Positions 1-10,064 of a stretch of 64,000 nt of DNA are shown here, one piece after another. The stretch is from Alphaproteobacteria bacterium. GTDB taxonomy: Bacteria; Pseudomonadota; Alphaproteobacteria; Puniceispirillales; Puniceispirillaceae. Under the pieces are notes generated by a model. That model ran no database searches, had not been told where the DNA came from, and worked only from the letters and a program-made list of their open reading frames with translations. A program made the position numbers and the translations under genes. The DNA is taken from NCBI GenBank assembly GCA_038107835.1, contig JAYNHH010000009.1, positions 9,190-73,189 of the forward strand. The letters are read 5' to 3'. The number at the start of each line of letters is the position of its first letter. Position 1 is the stretch's first letter.

Positions 1-822
1 ATCCGGACCGAAGGCCAGTTGGAACGGGTCCGTGAAACCATGGGCGCGCTTCGCGAAAACATTGCTGAAAAGCTCGGCTGCGAACCGCAGGATGTGGCAA
101 CAATTGCCGAGGTGAATGATCCCGAATCGCTTCCGGATGTGCAGACACTTGATGACAGGGTCCAGCGGCTGATTCGTGAACGAGACAACATTGGACCGGT
201 CAATCTGCGCGCCGAGGCGGAAATGGAAGAGGTGGCAACACGGATTGCCAGCATGGAGGAGGAGCGGGATGACCTGCTTGCCGCCATTGCCAAGCTGAGA
301 AGTGCCATCAGCCAGTTGAACCGGGAAGGGCGTGAGCGCCTGCTCCGCAGCTTTGCTGAGGTGAATGGCCATTTCAAGACGTTGTTCAAACAGCTGTTTG
401 GCGGTGGCAATGCCGAGTTGCAGCTCACCGAAGCGGATGATCCGCTTGACGCTGGCCTCGAGATCATGGCAAGCCCGCCAGGCAAACGCTTACAGTCACT
501 GTCACTGCTGTCGGGTGGTGAGCAGGCACTGACAGCGCTGGCAATCATTTTTGCGGTGTTCCTGACGAATCCAGCACCAATCTGCGTTCTCGACGAGGTC
601 GATGCACCGCTGGATGATTCGAACGTTGTGAGATTTTGTGATCTGTTGCGCGATATCTGCACAAAGACGGACACAAGATTTCTTGTCGTCACCCACCACC
701 GGATGACAATGGCGCGCATGGACCGGCTGTTCGGCGTAACAATGGAGCAGCGTGGCGTGTCAAAACTGGTATCGGTCGACCTGCAAACAGCCGAACGAAT
801 CCGCGACGCCGCAGTGGCCTGA
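1..822 (+). CDS. smc: Chromosome segregation protein SMC, C-terminal fragment (5' end upstream of window)
   Basis: Frame open from base 1 to the stop at 820-822. Coiled-coil-like stretch followed by an ABC head with signature [18 protein letters not shown] and Walker [14 protein letters not shown]. Confidence 0.9.
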   Translation: MRTEGQLERVRETMGALRENIAEKLGCEPQDVATIAEVNDPESLPDVQTLDDRVQRLIRERDNIGPVNLRAEAEMEEVATRIASMEEERDDLLAAIAKLRSAISQLNREGRERLLRSFAEVNGHFKTLFKQLFGGGNAELQLTEADDPLDAGLEIMASPPGKRLQSLSLLSGGEQALTALAIIFAVFLTNPAPICVLDEVDAPLDDSNVVRFCDLLRDICTKTDTRFLVVTHHRMTMARMDRLFGVTMEQRGVSKLVSVDLQTAERIRDAAVA

Positions 823-932
823 TATGGGGCTGACACGGACCAGCCTCATGCCACATTTTTTCAGTCAAAACCGGGCCTCACAGACAATCCCTCCTGTCTG
901 TCATTTTCACCGCAGGGCAAGAGGATTGAAGG

Positions 933-962
933 CTTGACAAAGGCCAAGCCACCCCCCTATGT
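933..962 (+). promoter_or_regulatory. Candidate sigma70-type promoter for the atpI operon
   Basis: CTTGAC (933-938), 18 nt, CTATGT (957-962). Resembles the alphaproteobacterial CTTGAC-N17-CTATAT consensus and lies about 165 nt upstream of the atpI ATG. Sequence match only. Confidence 0.3.
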
Positions 963-1127
963 TGTGCGCGTTTCTGGCAGGGGTTTTGCGGCCGCTTTTG
1001 AGGGCGCGAAACGGTCGACCAAGCGTGAGAGGAAACAGCATATAGGACGGACCAAACCATCTTCTTTTTCCGTTGGCCATGATGTTGATTTCATGAGCAG
1101 AAATCAGCTGACAGCTGGACAGGGCGA

Positions 1128-1481
1128 ATGAGCGATCAGGATCCAGACGGCGATAAGCGCCTGGCAGATATTGAACGCCGCATCTCTGCGATGCAGGGAA
1201 GGCAGAATCAGGACGGGAAAAAGAAAGATGATCGGGGTCTGCCTGTCGGTATCGGCGCCACAATGGGCCGCGTCGCGACTGAGTTGGTCGCCGGGGTGAT
1301 TGTCGGAGCTTTTATCGGCTGGATGCTGGACAACTGGCTTGGGACATCACCTCTGTTTCTGGTGCTGCTGTTTTTTCTGGGCGCCATGGCGGGCATGTTG
1401 AATGTCTGGCGAATGTTTTCAGGCCGCGGTCTTGCGGTGGGTTATTTTGATGAGCATCGTGACTCATCAGAGAAAGAGTGA
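1128..1481 (+). CDS. atpI: ATP synthase protein I (AtpI-like)
   Basis: 117 aa with a charged N-terminus and two hydrophobic helices (VAGVIVGAFIGWML, LFLVLLFFLGAMAGML). First gene ahead of the F0 a, c, b', b genes. Confidence 0.8.
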   Translation: MSDQDPDGDKRLADIERRISAMQGRQNQDGKKKDDRGLPVGIGATMGRVATELVAGVIVGAFIGWMLDNWLGTSPLFLVLLFFLGAMAGMLNVWRMFSGRGLAVGYFDEHRDSSEKE

Positions 1482-1496
1482 AGGACTGATCTGAAG

Positions 1497-2255
1497 ATGG
1501 CATCTCAAGGCATGCATTCACCCGTAGAGCAGTTTGAAATCAAGCCCCTTATCGAGCTTTCCGCCGGTGGCTTTGACATTTCGTTCACCAATTCCAGCCT
1601 GTTCATGCTGTTGGCAATTCTGGTCAGCGGCATTTTTCTTGTAACGGCCATGCGCCGGGGCGAGCTTGTTCCCGGCCGCATGCAGGGCGCCGCCGAAATG
1701 ATGTATGAGTTTGTTGCCGATATGGTCCGCAGCAATGTTGGCAGCGAAGGCCGCGCCTATTTCCCATTCATCTTCACGCTGTTTGTCTTCCTGCTGTTTG
1801 GAAACATGCTTGGGCTGATCCCCTACTCCTATACTTTCACATCGCAGATCGTTGTCACCTTTTTCATGGCAGCCTTTGTCTTTGTCGGTGTCACCCTGAT
1901 CGCGCTGTTCAAGCACGGCCTGCATTTCTTCAGCTTCTTCGTACCAGCAGGGGCGCCGAAGGTGCTGATCCCCTTCCTCATCGTGATTGAGGTGATCTCC
2001 TATTTCGTCCGCCCTGTCAGCCTGTCCGTTCGTCTGTTTGCCAACATGCTGGCTGGCCATACGATGTTGAAGGTGTTTGCGGGACTTGCTGTGATGATTT
2101 CCGGTGCCGGCGGGCTTGCCATGGCCGGTTCGCTGCTGCCATTTCTGGCGCTGATTGGCCTCACCGGGCTGGAGGTGCTGGTGGCAGCACTGCAGGCCTA
2201 TGTTTTCACGATTTTGACCTGCATGTATTTGAACGATGCTCTGCACCTGCACTAG
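1497..2255 (+). CDS. atpB: F0F1 ATP synthase subunit a
   Basis: 252 aa polytopic protein with the conserved SLSVRLFANMLAGH motif containing the essential Arg. Operon context. Confidence 0.95.
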   Translation: MASQGMHSPVEQFEIKPLIELSAGGFDISFTNSSLFMLLAILVSGIFLVTAMRRGELVPGRMQGAAEMMYEFVADMVRSNVGSEGRAYFPFIFTLFVFLLFGNMLGLIPYSYTFTSQIVVTFFMAAFVFVGVTLIALFKHGLHFFSFFVPAGAPKVLIPFLIVIEVISYFVRPVSLSVRLFANMLAGHTMLKVFAGLAVMISGAGGLAMAGSLLPFLALIGLTGLEVLVAALQAYVFTILTCMYLNDALHLH

Positions 2256-2356
2256 GCAGTGAGTTGAGCCGCGTGATCCGCTAGCGCTTTTGACTGGAAT
2301 ACTCATAGCGGTGTTTGTTTAGACCCTAACTGTCGTTAACTCGGAAGGACTTTAAA

Positions 2357-2584
2357 ATGGAAGTAGAAGCTGCAAAAATGATCGGTGCCGGCCTGGCTGT
2401 TATCGCTCTTGCCGGTGTTGGTGTTGGTATTGGCAACATCTTCTCTGCTCTCGTCACATCAATCGCCCGTAACCCAGCCGCCAGAGGCGAGGTTTTCGGT
2501 ATTGGCATTCTCGGCTTTGCCCTGACTGAAGCGATTGCGCTGTTCGCGCTTGTTGTTGCGTTGCTGCTGCTGTTCGCACTGTAA
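2357..2584 (+). CDS. atpE: F0F1 ATP synthase subunit c
   Basis: 75 aa proteolipid hairpin with a Gly-rich helix ([20 protein letters not shown]) and the carboxylate helix [12 protein letters not shown]. Confidence 0.95.
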   Translation: MEVEAAKMIGAGLAVIALAGVGVGIGNIFSALVTSIARNPAARGEVFGIGILGFALTEAIALFALVVALLLLFAL

Positions 2585-2652
2585 TTCACCAGCACTTACT
2601 TCATACTCCTGCCCCTGCCTGCCTGTTCTGGCCGGCAGGGTGGAGCGTAAAA

Positions 2653-3291
2653 ATGGTATGTAAGATGGGAACAGACATGGCCAAAAGCGGCATGATGCGT
2701 TGCCTGACGCTGGCAACAGGCACTGGCTTCGGCCTTGCTGTGACAGGTGGACAGGCATTGGCGGCCGGTGCAAGTGAGCCCGGACTGCCACAGCTGGATA
2801 TCAGCACCTGGCCCTCGCAGATTTTCTGGCTGATTGTCATTTTCGGCGTTGGCTATGTGATGATGGCCAAAATTGTCACTCCGAAGATCGGCACTGTGCT
2901 GGAGGACCGGCGCACCCGCCTCGATGGTGATCTTGGCAAGGCCCGTGAGGCCAGCGCCGAGGCAGCAAAAATCCGCGCTGAATACGAGGCCGACCTCGAA
3001 TCAGCCCGCAATGACGCTGCGGCATTCGCCCGCAAGGCAGCAGCCGAGGCAGCAGAAAAGGCGGCTTCCGTTGAAGGCAAGGCTGACAAGAAACTTGCCA
3101 GCAAAGTAGCCACGGCAGAAAAGAAACTTGCTACGGCGAAAGCCGAGGCGATCGAAAACCTCAACACAGTTGCGGCAGAAGCCGCACTTGAAGCTGTGAA
3201 GGGGTTGACCGGGCTCAAGGCAACAAAGGCGCAGGCCGAGAAGGTGGTCAAGGCTGCCGCCAAGGCAATGGCTCCACAGGAGGTAAACTGA
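2653..3291 (+). CDS. atpF2: F0F1 ATP synthase subunit b'
   Basis: One TM helix (IFWLIVIFGVGYVMM) followed by a long A/E/K-rich coiled coil. First of two tandem b-type genes. ATG at 2677 is an alternative start. Confidence 0.85.
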   Translation: MVCKMGTDMAKSGMMRCLTLATGTGFGLAVTGGQALAAGASEPGLPQLDISTWPSQIFWLIVIFGVGYVMMAKIVTPKIGTVLEDRRTRLDGDLGKAREASAEAAKIRAEYEADLESARNDAAAFARKAAAEAAEKAASVEGKADKKLASKVATAEKKLATAKAEAIENLNTVAAEAALEAVKGLTGLKATKAQAEKVVKAAAKAMAPQEVN

Positions 3292-3776
3292 TGGAAGGCA
3301 TTGTAATGGAATCAGTCTGGGTTGCGGTTGGTTTTGTTGTTTTCGTTGCGCTGATCTGGCGTCGCGTCGGGGCTGCCGTTGGCGGCATGCTCGACGACCG
3401 CTCACAGAAGATCAAGCAAGATCTTGATGAAGCCCGCGCCCTGCGCGAGGAAGCGCTGGAGGAACTGCATCAGTTCCAGCGCCTGCACCGGGAAGCGGCT
3501 GAGGAAGCAAAAGCCATGCTGAAAAATGCCGAGGCAACCGCCGAGCGCATTCGTGAGAATGCTGAAAAGGCCGCCGCCGAGACGGTCAAACGGCGTGAGG
3601 TTCAGGCATCAGCCAAGATCAAGGCTGCAGAAGCTGCGATGGTTAAGGAACTGCAGGAGCGCGCGGCCAATCTTGCGATTGCCACCGCAACAGAGATCAT
3701 CACATCCAAACTCGATGAAAAGGCGAGCCTGGAGCTGGTTGATACAGCTGTCAGTGAGATTGAAAAGCTGAATTAG
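3291..3776 (+). CDS. atpF: F0F1 ATP synthase subunit b
   Basis: 161 aa with an N-terminal TM helix (VWVAVGFVVFVALIW) and a charged coiled coil. Its start overlaps the b' stop (TGATG). Confidence 0.85.
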   Translation: MEGIVMESVWVAVGFVVFVALIWRRVGAAVGGMLDDRSQKIKQDLDEARALREEALEELHQFQRLHREAAEEAKAMLKNAEATAERIRENAEKAAAETVKRREVQASAKIKAAEAAMVKELQERAANLAIATATEIITSKLDEKASLELVDTAVSEIEKLN

Positions 3777-3819
3777 TCAGTCATCTCGACAATGATGAAT
3801 GGCGTGTCGCCGACTCTCG

Positions 3820-4290
3820 TCAGAGGGTCGGCGTTAACATCAGGACCACCCGCTGATCCGCGTCGACGACAAAGTCGAACTCGGCAATCGGATAGTTGGC
3901 CCGCACCCCCCTGCCAAAGCCAATCCGGTATCCAAACGCTTCATTTGACACCATTTTGTCATCTGGGCCCAGTATAGCCATCGCCATACCAATGATCGCG
4001 ACATCGGCCTCGCCTTTGTCGGCAAATGTGCGGACAGCCTTCAGTCCGGCAGCAACCTCCATCTTAATCTTGCCATTGCTTTTTCTGGTGCAGGATGTGC
4101 TGACACCGTTGAAACGAACATCAACAAGATGTGCAAGAGCGTCTGTCTTGACGAAGGCCTCGGCAGCTTCAGGCATAGCCGTGATCTGCGGACAGTCAAC
4201 GATTTCCTTGCTGATAACGCTGCATCCGGAAAAGCTGATCGCCGCAAGCGCCAGCCCAATCAGAATCGAGGGGGATTTATTCGGTTTCAT
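3820..4290 (-). CDS. Hypothetical lipoprotein
   Basis: 156 aa with a basic N-terminus, hydrophobic core and lipobox ISFSG-C. No family recognised. Confidence 0.6.
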   Translation of the reverse strand: MKPNKSPSILIGLALAAISFSGCSVISKEIVDCPQITAMPEAAEAFVKTDALAHLVDVRFNGVSTSCTRKSNGKIKMEVAAGLKAVRTFADKGEADVAIIGMAMAILGPDDKMVSNEAFGYRIGFGRGVRANYPIAEFDFVVDADQRVVLMLTPTL

Positions 4291-4349
4291 GCGCGCATCC
4301 TAGCCTGTTTTTACAAGAACGGCAATTGACCTTGGAGCCTTTATCGCGC

Positions 4350-5306
4350 ATGAACTATGGCATGAGAAAAACAGCAAAATATCTCAGACTCGCCGCGCCG
4401 CGCGGCTTTTGCGCCGGTGTTGACCGGGCCGTCAAAATCGTCGAGGCAGCCCTCGACAGGTTTGGTGCGCCTGTCTATGTGCGTCACGAGATTGTGCATA
4501 ACAAGACTGTCGTTGATGAACTTGCCGACAAAGGTGCCGTTTTTGTAGAGGAACTGCATGAGGTGCCGGCCGGTGCGCCGGTGGTGTTTTCCGCCCATGG
4601 TGTTTCACGCGCCGTTGTCGATGAAGCCAACGACAGAAAAATGATTGCTGTCGATGCCACCTGTCCGCTGGTAACCAAGGTTCATATAGAGGCCAAACGC
4701 CACGCCGCCCACAAGCGGCATATTCTATTGATTGGCCATGCTGGCCATCCCGAGGTGGAAGGCACGATGGGGCAGGTCGATGATGATGCCATTACATTGA
4801 TCGAAACAGCTGATGACGCCCACAATGTCACGCCACCTGAAGATTGTGACCTGGCTTTTGCTACACAAACGACTTTGTCGGTAGACGACACGGCTGAAAT
4901 CATTTCAATCCTGCAATTCAGATTCCCTGAAATCACCGGTCCCCGTGGTGAGGATATCTGCTATGCGACGACAAACAGGCAGAATGCCGTCAAGGCGGTG
5001 GCGGAGGGTCTGGACCTGATGCTTGTTGTCGGTGCGCAGAATTCATCCAATTCAAAACGCCTTGTTGAGGTCGCGCTGCGTGCCGGTGCTGGCGCGGCCG
5101 CGCTGGTCGCAGACAAGAATGAAGTTGACTGGCAGGCTGTCGACAAGGCCAACTCGATCGGCGTTTCAGCGGGTGCCTCGGCACCGGAAACAGTGGTTCG
5201 GGAGCTGATTGCTGAGATTCAGGAGCGGTATGATGTCGAACTGGATGAAAAAGCGCTGGTTGAGGAGAACATCACCTTCAAGCTACCCAGCATCCTGACA
5301 AGCTGA
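4350..5306 (+). CDS. ispH: 4-hydroxy-3-methylbut-2-enyl diphosphate reductase
   Basis: LytB/IspH motifs [24 protein letters not shown] and NSSNSKRL. The ORF-track start at 4326 is TTG, and ATG 4350 (GGAG 13 nt upstream) or 4362 is more likely. Confidence 0.92.
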   Translation: MNYGMRKTAKYLRLAAPRGFCAGVDRAVKIVEAALDRFGAPVYVRHEIVHNKTVVDELADKGAVFVEELHEVPAGAPVVFSAHGVSRAVVDEANDRKMIAVDATCPLVTKVHIEAKRHAAHKRHILLIGHAGHPEVEGTMGQVDDDAITLIETADDAHNVTPPEDCDLAFATQTTLSVDDTAEIISILQFRFPEITGPRGEDICYATTNRQNAVKAVAEGLDLMLVVGAQNSSNSKRLVEVALRAGAGAAALVADKNEVDWQAVDKANSIGVSAGASAPETVVRELIAEIQERYDVELDEKALVEENITFKLPSILTS

Positions 5307-5318
5307 GTGAGTTGAGCC

Positions 5319-6284
5319 ATGGCCGTTTACACAGTTGTTGACGACACCGCCCTCAGCACGTTTCTGGCACGCTATGACCTTGGCAATGTACTGAGTTTCG
5401 CCGGCATTGCCGAAGGCGTTGAAAACTCCAATTATCTGCTTCGTACCGATCAGGCCAACTACATTCTCACATTATATGAAAAACGCGTCGATCCGACGGA
5501 TCTTCCGTTCTTTATGGAACTGATGGAAACGCTTGCCAGGGCAGGGATGAACTGCCCGTTACCGGTGTCGGCGAGGGATGGATCGGTGCTGCAGGAGCTT
5601 GAGGGGCGTCCCTGTGCCATTTTCAGCTTTCTTGACGGCACCTGGTCGCGCTTTCCCAACAAGGAAAAGTGCCGGGAGCTGGGAACAGCGCTGGCAACCA
5701 TGCATTTAAAGGCAGGTGCGGTGACCCGGCACCGGCCGAATGCCCTCGGCCCCCTTGCCTGGCAGCCGCTGTTTTCCTCGGTAAAGGGGCAGGCTGACGA
5801 CCTTGGCGTGGGCATGGCACAACAGATTCAGGACAGGCTTGATGCGATCATCGAGAACTGGCCAACCGGCTTGCCCGAGGGGGTGATCCATGCCGATCTG
5901 TTTCCCAACAATGTCCTGTTTATTGGTGACAAGCTAACCGGATTGATTGATTTCTATTTCGCCTGCGAGGATATTCTCGCCTATGATCTCGGAATCTGTC
6001 TGAACAGCTGGTGCTTTGAGGCAGATGGCAGTTTCAATCTCACAAAGTCGCGGGCGATGTTAAAAGCCTATGATCAGGTAAGACCACTGTCAGAGGCCGA
6101 ATTCAAGGCCATTCCCGTGCTGGCAGCTGGCTCCGCCATGCGGTTCTTCCTGACGCGGCTGTATGATTGGATTCACACGCCTACTGACGCTCTTGTCAGT
6201 CCAAAGGACCCGATGGAATATTGGTCGATTCTGCGCTTCCATCAATCCGTTTCCGGCACCGCCGCCTATGGAATTGACGTATAG
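5319..6284 (+). CDS. thrB: Homoserine kinase, type II (APH-fold ThrB)
   Basis: 321 aa. N-terminus MAVYT...[13 protein letters not shown] and catalytic loop [13 protein letters not shown] are typical of non-GHMP homoserine kinases. Confidence 0.85.
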   Translation: MAVYTVVDDTALSTFLARYDLGNVLSFAGIAEGVENSNYLLRTDQANYILTLYEKRVDPTDLPFFMELMETLARAGMNCPLPVSARDGSVLQELEGRPCAIFSFLDGTWSRFPNKEKCRELGTALATMHLKAGAVTRHRPNALGPLAWQPLFSSVKGQADDLGVGMAQQIQDRLDAIIENWPTGLPEGVIHADLFPNNVLFIGDKLTGLIDFYFACEDILAYDLGICLNSWCFEADGSFNLTKSRAMLKAYDQVRPLSEAEFKAIPVLAAGSAMRFFLTRLYDWIHTPTDALVSPKDPMEYWSILRFHQSVSGTAAYGIDV

Positions 6285-6288
6285 CCCC

Positions 6289-6723
6289 ATGAGCTCGCCC
6301 GTTATCCTCCACACCGATGGTTCCTGCCTGAACAATCCGGGCCCGGGTGGTTGGGCCGCCATTCTGCAATGGAACGGCAATGAAAAGGAGCTGTCCGGCG
6401 CAGTGCCAGACACGACCAACAACCGTATGGAGTTACAAGCAGCGATTGAAGGCCTGAATGCGCTCAGCCGACCAATGAATGTCGAACTTCATACCGATAG
6501 CAAATATGTCATGGATGGCGTTACGGCATGGATGCCAAAATGGCGCCGGAATGGATGGAAAACGGCGGCAAAGAAACCTGTCGCCAACCAGGACCTGTGG
6601 CAGCAACTCGACGCTGCGCTTGCACGGCACAGCGTCAACTGGCACTGGGTCAAGGGCCATTCAGGCGACCCGCTGAATGAACGGTGTGATGATCTGGCGC
6701 GTGCCGCCGCCATGACCCTGTAA
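6289..6723 (+). CDS. rnhA: Ribonuclease HI
   Basis: Motifs [40 protein letters not shown] and [19 protein letters not shown]. The ORF-track start 6163 overlaps thrB, so ATG 6289 (or 6268) is preferred. Confidence 0.9.
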   Translation: MSSPVILHTDGSCLNNPGPGGWAAILQWNGNEKELSGAVPDTTNNRMELQAAIEGLNALSRPMNVELHTDSKYVMDGVTAWMPKWRRNGWKTAAKKPVANQDLWQQLDAALARHSVNWHWVKGHSGDPLNERCDDLARAAAMTL

Positions 6724-6739
6724 GCGTGGTAACGGACCC

Positions 6740-7219
6740 TTAGAGCTCACCAAGAACATGCGACGCGCTGGATACCTCATAGGCACCGACATCTTCCATC
6801 AACATCTTTGTGACAACCCCATCATCGATGATCACCGCGCATCGGGCCGCACGAACACCCAGAATAGACCCCATGTCGCGGTCAAGACCAAGGGCTTTGG
6901 TCAGCGCAAGATGCGGGTCTGCGAGCATATCAATCCTATCCCCAACATCATTCGCGTCACCCCATGCCTTCATCACATGCGCATCATTCGCGGCCAGACA
7001 GGCGATCCGGTCAACACCAGCTGCCCGAAGCTCAACATTCTTTTCCAGATAGCTCGGTAAATGTCGGGCGGAACAGGTCGGCGTGAACGCCCCGGGCAGA
7101 GCAAACAACACTGTCCGTCCAGAACCGAAATAGTCGTCGCTTGAATGCTCATCAATGCCGTCTTCGGTCTTGATCTGGAAATTTACGGAAGGAATCGATT
7201 GTCCAGCTTCAATGGTCAT
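6740..7219 (-). CDS. Peroxiredoxin, Prx5 subfamily
   Basis: LFALPGAFTPTCS peroxidatic-Cys motif. About 159 aa from MTIEAGQSIP with no signal peptide. The ORF-track N-terminal extension to 7456 is rejected. Confidence 0.85.
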   Translation of the reverse strand: MTIEAGQSIPSVNFQIKTEDGIDEHSSDDYFGSGRTVLFALPGAFTPTCSARHLPSYLEKNVELRAAGVDRIACLAANDAHVMKAWGDANDVGDRIDMLADPHLALTKALGLDRDMGSILGVRAARCAVIIDDGVVTKMLMEDVGAYEVSSASHVLGEL

Positions 7220-7295
7220 AATCTGCATTTTCCTGTTTTGGTTTTGCCAATCGCCACTTCGAGAAAGCACACTGCGACAAGCTGTTGATTCCCTA

Positions 7296-9329
7296 TCATT
7301 TGGGGCGTTCTGTGACCAATTCAAGAGCCTCCAGCACCGCAGCTGACGTAAGTAATTCAGGCAATAAATACCCATCAGGCATGGCAGGACCATAGACGAT
7401 GTTGAACGGGATTCCAAACCGGTTATGGGATGCAAGAAAGGTTGCAATCTGCTCATTCGGCCGCGTCCAGTCAGCCTGCATCGGTACCAGAGAGCCGGCC
7501 TGTTGCAGTGCCATCATTTTTGTGGCAACCGGCACCTGATCGAGGACAAGAGCCTTGTTCGCCTTGCAAGTGATACACCAGTCGGCGGTGACATCAATGA
7601 AAACAACCTGACCCTCAGCCAGATGGGTAGCCACCGCATCCGGGGCAAAGACAGCCCAGTTGATTGCACCGGTGCGCGCTGCATCATCCGAGGTGGCTGC
7701 CTTGTTCTCCGGTGAGAGCAAGGTACTCAAAATCGTCCCCAACCACAGCATCGTGCCAACCAGCAACAGCGCGAGGCCTCGTTTGAGCCAGATCATCCAG
7801 CCTCCCGGGCGCGGCAATAGCGCCACCAAGCCTGGAAACAGGGCCACGACAAGCCATGGACTGGCAAGCCCTACGCCCATCGCCAGAAAAATGGCAAACA
7901 ACATCGGCGTTTCACCCGTCAGTGCTACCGTCACCGCCGTTCCCACAAAGGGCGCCGAGCAGGGGGTCGCCAGAATGGTTGCCAACATACCGGCGAGAAA
8001 ATCACCAGCAAGGCCGTTCCCGCCTGTTGGCCCAGAAGGGCGGGCCAGTGACGCGGCAAAACGCGGCACCGGAATTGTCACCAGATCAACAAGGCTGAGG
8101 GCAAATAAACCAAGCAGCCCGATCATCACCCCCAGAAAGACAGGATTTTGAAACTGGATGCCCCAGCCAATCTGGCCTCCGGCTTGGCGCATCAAAACCA
8201 GCGTCACCGCCAATAGTGCAAAACTTGTGACAATCCCCCCTGCCCCAGCCAGAAAACCCAGCCGCAGCATCGAACGATTGCGACCAGTCACGTCCAGAAC
8301 AGCCGACAGTTTCAGCGCGAGTACCGGTAAAACGCACGGCATCAGATTTAGGATCACCCCCCCAAGAAAGGCGATGGCAAGCATGATCAGGACGCCAGAT
8401 TGGGCTGGTCCGGCTGCTGACAGCGTTTCAGTCCGTGGTGGAATGGTTAGATGAAATTCCGCCATTTCACTGCCAGCTATGACGGTCATTAACGCAGGCC
8501 CACCATCAAAAACCATTCCCTTGGCCGCGCTGATGGGAAGCCGGTAACGATCCCTTGACGGCACTGGTGCCTTGAAGGCGACCCCATCAAAACCCTCGAC
8601 AAGAATATCATCAATCGGCGGTGCGCCTCCGGCAAGCTGCACCATAAGATCGTTGCCCCTGATCACAGCGGCGACAACAGAAAGATTTGGCCCGGTTGCA
8701 GCGCGCCCTCCGGCTGGAGCGACGCGCGGCACCATCGAGACAGAGCGGGCAATTGTCTGCGCGTGGGACGAGGCCGTGGCAGGACCATCGGGCAAAAGCA
8801 GGTCAAGCTGTGCCATCACTGGGACACAGATGTCAGAACAGGCCAATGCCTCCAGCTGGGCGCTGATCTGCGATGGTGCACCAACGAGATGGCCGGTGAG
8901 GTCAAGCGGCAGGATGGTCTGTGACTCATAGCCAAAATTATCAAAGCCGAAGACATCAAAGCGCTGCGGAACAGGCCAGCGGATTGTTGCCACAAGGTCA
9001 GGCGATGCGCTGCCAGACAAATCGATCGTTGGCGGTAGACCCGCCTCACCCGGCGTGCGCCAGTAGATCTTCCAGCCGGGCGCAAGCCGAAATTCGAGGG
9101 CCAGCGGCAGCGTTGTGAGATCACCCGTTCCATTGACAGCCGATAGCAGGCGTGCCTCTACAATGGTGGGGTCGCCCTTCCAGTCGCTCTGCAGTGCGGC
9201 AGCAGAAGTGCCAACCAGAAACACTCCCAGAACCGAAAGCAGCATCAGTAGCCAGCGCACAGCCAACGGATTACAGGCGCTCATTTTCCGGTTCTGATTG
9301 GCACTGATCATGCTCTCTTTTCGCCTCAT
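7296..9329 (-). CDS. DsbD-family thiol:disulfide electron transporter (ScsB-like N-domain, CcdA-type membrane core, C-terminal thioredoxin)
   Basis: Signal/TM segment followed by a long periplasmic domain with ...ALACSDICVPV. Membrane core with NLMPCVLPVLALK and ATPCSAPF. C-terminal thioredoxin fold with DWCITCK. An internal ATG near 9284 is possible. Confidence 0.8.
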   Translation of the reverse strand: MRRKESMISANQNRKMSACNPLAVRWLLMLLSVLGVFLVGTSAAALQSDWKGDPTIVEARLLSAVNGTGDLTTLPLALEFRLAPGWKIYWRTPGEAGLPPTIDLSGSASPDLVATIRWPVPQRFDVFGFDNFGYESQTILPLDLTGHLVGAPSQISAQLEALACSDICVPVMAQLDLLLPDGPATASSHAQTIARSVSMVPRVAPAGGRAATGPNLSVVAAVIRGNDLMVQLAGGAPPIDDILVEGFDGVAFKAPVPSRDRYRLPISAAKGMVFDGGPALMTVIAGSEMAEFHLTIPPRTETLSAAGPAQSGVLIMLAIAFLGGVILNLMPCVLPVLALKLSAVLDVTGRNRSMLRLGFLAGAGGIVTSFALLAVTLVLMRQAGGQIGWGIQFQNPVFLGVMIGLLGLFALSLVDLVTIPVPRFAASLARPSGPTGGNGLAGDFLAGMLATILATPCSAPFVGTAVTVALTGETPMLFAIFLAMGVGLASPWLVVALFPGLVALLPRPGGWMIWLKRGLALLLVGTMLWLGTILSTLLSPENKAATSDDAARTGAINWAVFAPDAVATHLAEGQVVFIDVTADWCITCKANKALVLDQVPVATKMMALQQAGSLVPMQADWTRPNEQIATFLASHNRFGIPFNIVYGPAMPDGYLLPELLTSAAVLEALELVTERPK

Positions 9330-9464
9330 GGCTGTAAGGGGTTCTATCGAAAGTGTGAAGTTTTCGGGCTTTACCGGTAAGTGATTTCCTGTCTAGGCTA
9401 GGTAATGGGTCAGTTCAAGAAAACAAGCACATCGTCACAATCTGATTTTGCCATCGAATGTGAC

Positions 9465-10031
9465 ATGGCTGACAGCGTAAATTCGCTTCAGGGCCAATTG
9501 CTGATTGCCAGCCCGCATATGGATGACACCCGGTTCAAAAGATCGGTGATCATGATGTGCCAGCATGATGCGCAATCGGCAATGGGGCTCGTGATCAACA
9601 AACAGGCGAGCAGCCTCAAGCTCGGTGATCTATATGAAAAGCTCGATATCGGAGCGCCGCGCTTTGCTGTTGAGGACCCGGTACATATCGGCGGTCCGGT
9701 AGACAGCAATAGGGGCTTCGTTCTGCATTCACAGGACCACATGCTGCCGGACAGCATGGCGATTACCCATGAGATCGGTCTGACGGCAAGCGTTGAAATC
9801 CTGCGCGATATCACCGGAGGCGTTGGCCCGTCGCACACCATCGTGTCGCTTGGCTGCGCGGGGTGGAGCGCCGGTCAGCTTGATCGCGAAATGAGCGAAA
9901 ATGTCTGGCTCAACCTGCCGGCGTCAACAGATCTGGTTTTCGAGCATGATCGAGAGACTTTGTGGCAACAGGCGTTTGACGCCATTGGCATAGACCCGGC
10001 CTATTTTGCCGGAGATGCCGGCAATGCCTGA
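9465..10031 (+). CDS. YqgE/AlgH family protein (UPF0301)
   Basis: LQGQLLIASPHMDDTRFKRSVIMMCQHD...GLVINK...GGPV... is the typical family N-terminus. Start re-called to MADSV. Confidence 0.85.
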   Translation: MADSVNSLQGQLLIASPHMDDTRFKRSVIMMCQHDAQSAMGLVINKQASSLKLGDLYEKLDIGAPRFAVEDPVHIGGPVDSNRGFVLHSQDHMLPDSMAITHEIGLTASVEILRDITGGVGPSHTIVSLGCAGWSAGQLDREMSENVWLNLPASTDLVFEHDRETLWQQAFDAIGIDPAYFAGDAGNA

Positions 10032-10064
10032 ACCCCAGATCACGCGTCAAAATCAGGCCCAAAA

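Noticed and set aside
1518-2306. Long antisense ORFs opposite confidently assigned genes. Examples: 1518-2306 (-) vs atpB, 13686-14429 (+) vs ctaE, 23098-23616 (+) vs rsmE, 29224-29988 (+) vs msbA-like, 35114-35656 (-) vs lpxL, 37469-38146 (-) vs purD, 39399-40043 (-) vs rluB, 41659-42354 (+) vs mutL, 44160-44900 (+) vs ileS, 49522-50064 (-) vs yqaA, 54005-54896 (-) vs moaA, 56129-56686 (+) vs irr.
   Set aside because: Their products are Arg/Pro/Gly/Ser-rich with no motifs, and each lies fully inside a gene with strong family signatures on the other strand. This is the usual mirror-frame artefact in moderately GC-rich DNA.
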